From Candidatus Poribacteria bacterium (GTDB taxonomy: Bacteria; Poribacteria; WGA-4E; PCPOR2b), in assembly GCA_965223985.1 (NCBI GenBank), contig OZ245030.1:3151720-3215719 (forward strand): a stretch of DNA of 64,000 nt. Direction: 5' to 3'. Under the pieces are notes generated by a model that was not told where the DNA came from, did not search any database, and saw only the letters and a program-made list of their open reading frames with translations. The position numbers and the translations under genes are program-made. Below are positions 60,913 through 64,000 of the stretch, one piece after another; the first letter of the stretch is position 1; every line of letters begins with the position of its first letter.

Positions 60913-62847
60913 GTGAGTAAGTTTACGCCGACGACAAACAGGAAGCCCAGCGGGATTTCGATACGAACCTTGGCGTTCGGCATGTTCTTTGCTCTGGTTA
61001 ATGCCTATTGGGTATCGACAAACGATTTGCTGATCGGCTTAGTACACAATTACATGTCGCTGTTCAGCAACGCGGTTTTCACGCTGTTCCTGCTAGTTTT
61101 ACTGAATTTTCTTCTCAAGAAGTACGTTCCGACACTTGCGTTCACCGCCTCCGACCTATTGGTCATTTATGTGATGACCGTGATGGTTACGACCTTTTCG
61201 GGGAATCGAATGAATCGATTTGTCGGACTGCTCTCCCATCCCTATTGGTTTGCCACTCCCGAAAATGACTGGCGGAATCTGTTCTGGCGGTATATCCCGG
61301 CGTGGTTTACGGTCAACGACGAGAACGCACTGAGCGCCCTCTATCACGGCGAGACGACGTTTTTCAGCGGTGCGAATTTTTTGCCTTGGCTGCGCCCGAT
61401 ACTCTGCTGGTCGGCGTTTCTGTTTGTGCTGTACGTCGTCCTGCTTTGCATCAATACGGTGATACGTAAGCAATTCACGGAGCATGAGAGACTGACCTAC
61501 CCGATTACTTGGCTACCGCTGGAGATGGCGAAGGATATAACGGTTTTCTTGACGAATAGGCTGATGTGGGTCGGTTTTGGGATTGCTGCGGCGATAGGTC
61601 TTCTGAACGGTTTGAGCGTTTTATATCCGTCCATACCGGATATTCCGGTAGGGTGGACGTCGATTAACTTCCGAGACAAACCGTGGAGCTATATGGGCGG
61701 GACCCGGATTTCGTTCCAGCCGTTTGTGATTGGGCTCTCGTATTTCATGCCGCTAGACCTTGCGTTTTCGGCGTGGTTCTTCTATTTCTTGAAGAAATTC
61801 ACGCAATTGACGCTGGGAGCGACGATGGGCTGGCGTAACCTTTACTTCCCCGAACAGGCTCAAGGCGCATGGAGCGGCTTGGGAATCCTTGCGCTCTGGG
61901 TCGGACGCAGACATCTGAAACGGGTCTTCACACAGGTATTCACGGGTAAGCGGGTAATTGATGACTCGAAAGAACCGATGTCGTATCGGACCGCGATTAT
62001 TGGGATTGCCGCGGGTCTGATTTTTCTCCTTTTTTTCGCTCATAAAGCCGGGCTTTCGCTGTGGATTATTTTGGTGTTTTTTGTCATCTATGTTTGCAGC
62101 GCCATCGGTGTGAACAAGATTAGGGCGGGGCTTGGCGTTGCGGTGCATGAGTTGCTTTGGGTCGACCCCGGCGAGACGATGGTTACTTCAATGGGAACCC
62201 GGATGTTTGGCGCGCGAAACTTGACCGTACTTTCGTTCCTGTTTGTGCTGAATCGCGATCAGCCCGGTCATCCGATGCCGAACCAGCTGGAAGCTTTTCG
62301 GATAGGGGAGCAGGCGAATATTCACGCGAGAAAATTGGCTTGGGCGATGGTTCTGACGTTCGCCATCGGTATACCGGTGACCTTTGTGATATTCTTCAAC
62401 CATCTGTATCAACAAGGGGCTGAAAATTCGGGGACGATTTTCATGCCAATCGGACGGGAAGGGTTTTCGGGGCGGCTGCAGATATGGCTAACGAATCCGA
62501 CGGGGCGTGATTATACGGCGATGGGATTCATGGGGTTTGGTTTCGCCATGACTGGGTTTCTGTTAGTCATGAAGATGCGGTTTCTGTGGTGGCCGTTTCA
62601 CCCCGTCGGTTATGTGCTGGGCTCGAGTCCAGCGGAGATGATATATATTTGGGTGCCGGTGCTCATTAGTTGGTGTCTAAAGTTCGGCATCCTGCGGTAT
62701 GGCGGATTGCGGGCATACCGTACCGCGTTGCCGTTTTTTGTGGGGTTGATATTGGGTGATTATACGTTGGGATGCCTTTGGAGCATTATTGGGGCGGTGT
62801 TCAGGGTTCCGGTGTATAATATGGGTTGGCACCCTGTGACGTCTTGA
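60913..62847 (+). CDS. Polytopic membrane protein of unknown function (paralog 2 of 3; 644 aa)
   Basis: GTG start. Shares blocks NAYWVSTNDLLIGLVHNYMSLFSNAVFTLF, HPYWFATPENDWRNLFW and ERLTYPITWLPLEM and the same length with the 22049 gene. Confidence 0.75.
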   Translation: MSKFTPTTNRKPSGISIRTLAFGMFFALVNAYWVSTNDLLIGLVHNYMSLFSNAVFTLFLLVLLNFLLKKYVPTLAFTASDLLVIYVMTVMVTTFSGNRMNRFVGLLSHPYWFATPENDWRNLFWRYIPAWFTVNDENALSALYHGETTFFSGANFLPWLRPILCWSAFLFVLYVVLLCINTVIRKQFTEHERLTYPITWLPLEMAKDITVFLTNRLMWVGFGIAAAIGLLNGLSVLYPSIPDIPVGWTSINFRDKPWSYMGGTRISFQPFVIGLSYFMPLDLAFSAWFFYFLKKFTQLTLGATMGWRNLYFPEQAQGAWSGLGILALWVGRRHLKRVFTQVFTGKRVIDDSKEPMSYRTAIIGIAAGLIFLLFFAHKAGLSLWIILVFFVIYVCSAIGVNKIRAGLGVAVHELLWVDPGETMVTSMGTRMFGARNLTVLSFLFVLNRDQPGHPMPNQLEAFRIGEQANIHARKLAWAMVLTFAIGIPVTFVIFFNHLYQQGAENSGTIFMPIGREGFSGRLQIWLTNPTGRDYTAMGFMGFGFAMTGFLLVMKMRFLWWPFHPVGYVLGSSPAEMIYIWVPVLISWCLKFGILRYGGLRAYRTALPFFVGLILGDYTLGCLWSIIGAVFRVPVYNMGWHPVTS

Positions 62848-62849
62848 CC

Positions 62850-63620
62850 GTTTTTGTATGTTGGGTTGGGATCGAGCCATCGAAACGAGAAAAGGCAATG
62901 ATATCGTTTAGAATGTGGAACGGAGTGTTGAGTTTGGTATGTATTTGGTTTGACAGAGAAAACTATCGCCTAACATCGGTATGAAGAACCACGAAGACTA
63001 TCGCCTAACATCGGTGTGAATAACTACAAAGACTATCGCCTAACATCGGTATGAGGAACTACAAAGACTATCGCCTCACATCGGTATGAGGAACTACGAA
63101 GACTATCGCCTCACATCGGTGTGAAGAACTACAAAGACTATCGCCTAACATCGGTGTGAGGAACTACAAAGACTATCGCCTAACATCGGTGTGAAGAACT
63201 ACAAAGACTATCGCCTAACATCGGTATGAAGAACTACGAAGACTATCGCCTAACATCGGTATGAGGAACTACAAAGACTATCGCCTCACATCGGTATGAG
63301 GAACTACGAAGACTATCGCCTCACATCGGTGTGAAGAACTACAAAGACTATCGCCTAACATCGGTGTGAGGAACTACAAAGACTATCGCCTAACATCGGT
63401 GTGAAGAACTACAAAGACTATCGCCTCACATCGGTATGAAGAACTACGAAGACTATCGCCTAACATCGGTGTGAAGAACTACGAAGACTATCGCCTAACA
63501 TCGGTGTGAGGAACTACAAAGACTATCGCCTTCGCTATTCGCTCAGTTGATCGCTCAGTTGATCCTAACCCAACCTACAAGACCGTGATCTCAACCCAAC
63601 CTACAAAGACTGCTAGGGAT
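62850..63620. repeat. REP-like cluster containing a 35-bp tandem array (about 16 units, 62950-63530) with higher-order duplication
   Basis: Unit gactatcgcct(a/c)acatcggt(a/g)tga(a/g)gaactac(a/g)aa x about 16 without unique spacers; units 3-8 are re-duplicated as units 9-14. Ends in ...ctatcgccttcgctattcgctcagttgatcgctcagttgatcctaacccaacctacaag. Confidence 0.8.
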
Positions 63621-63625
63621 TACCT

Positions 63626-64000
63626 GTGAATCAATCCACCTCCATCGAAAACGGCAAGTCAAGTGGGATTCCTCTCAGAACCTTGGTCATTGGACTCATT
63701 GTGGTCTTCGTAAATGCCTATTGGGTTTCCGTCAATGAGTTTATAATCGGCCCAATTCACAACTATGTCTCACTGTTCAGTAATGCCGTTTTCACCCTGT
63801 TTGTGCTGGTTCTGCTCAATCTCCTTTTGGAGAAACTACTACCGAAATTGGCGTTGAAGACCGCCGACCTTTTGGTCATCTACGCTATGGTCGTCATGGT
63901 GACGACGGTGGCTGGATACCCAATGAACAGACTGGTCGGAACGCTCGCTCACCCATTCTGGTTCGCCACGGCGGAAAATGACTGGCGGAATTTATTTTGG
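63626..64000 (+). CDS. Polytopic membrane protein of unknown function (paralog 3 of 3), 5' partial at the window edge
   Basis: GTG start; VNQSTSIENGKSSGIPLRTLVIGLIVVFVNAYWVSVNEFIIGPIHNYVSLFSNAVFTLF...HPFWFATAENDWRNLFW is collinear with paralogs 1 and 2; the ORF runs off the end of the window. Confidence 0.6.
   Translation, partial: MNQSTSIENGKSSGIPLRTLVIGLIVVFVNAYWVSVNEFIIGPIHNYVSLFSNAVFTLFVLVLLNLLLEKLLPKLALKTADLLVIYAMVVMVTTVAGYPMNRLVGTLAHPFWFATAENDWRNLFW

Noticed and set aside
62950-63530. Possible CRISPR array (regular ~35-bp periodicity)
   Set aside because: The whole 35-bp unit is repeated with only point variants; there are no unique spacers between repeats and no cas genes nearby. It is a tandem minisatellite derived from the dispersed ctatcgcctaacatcggtatg element.

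Overview
This 64-kb window comes from a moderately GC-rich bacterium that uses TGA as a normal stop and has a type IX secretion (T9SS)-style C-terminal sorting domain on several large secreted proteins. That combination suggests an FCB-group or candidate-phylum lineage, but phylum cannot be assigned from the sequence alone. The first ~31 kb is mostly ordinary chromosomal content: two sigma-70 family factors, an NfuA-like Fe-S protein, lipA, hflK-hflC, queF, recQ, an RRM RNA-binding protein, an M23 peptidase, a GT2 glycosyltransferase, redox enzymes and a HigB/HigA-type toxin-antitoxin pair. It also holds three LamG-like secreted paralogs, a putative selenocysteine (UxxC) TlpA-like thiol-disulfide oxidoreductase with an in-frame TGA and candidate SECIS, and a T9SS-cargo / FadL-PorV-like / OMP operon. 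From ~31.3 to 38.3 kb there is a dense island of REP-like and MITE-like repeats: an intact REP-associated tyrosine transposase (RAYT), a decayed second RAYT copy fused in-frame to a methyltransferase ORF, a REP-flanked two-gene cassette of unknown function, and five or more tandem copies of a ~420-580 bp composite unit. From 38.4 to 57.6 kb lies a locus of two giant secreted Ig/PKD-repeat proteins (2370 and 3033 aa) with T9SS-type C-terminal domains, driven by near-consensus promoters behind long leaders that share a conserved motif. They are followed by a PorV/FadL-like outer-membrane barrel gene and a LysM coiled-coil membrane protein. The last ~5 kb contains a carboxyltransferase-like gene, a CDP-alcohol phosphatidyltransferase, more REP/MITE clusters with a 35-bp tandem array, and two further paralogs of a ~645-aa polytopic membrane protein first seen at 22-24 kb. 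No tRNA, rRNA or CRISPR array was recognised.
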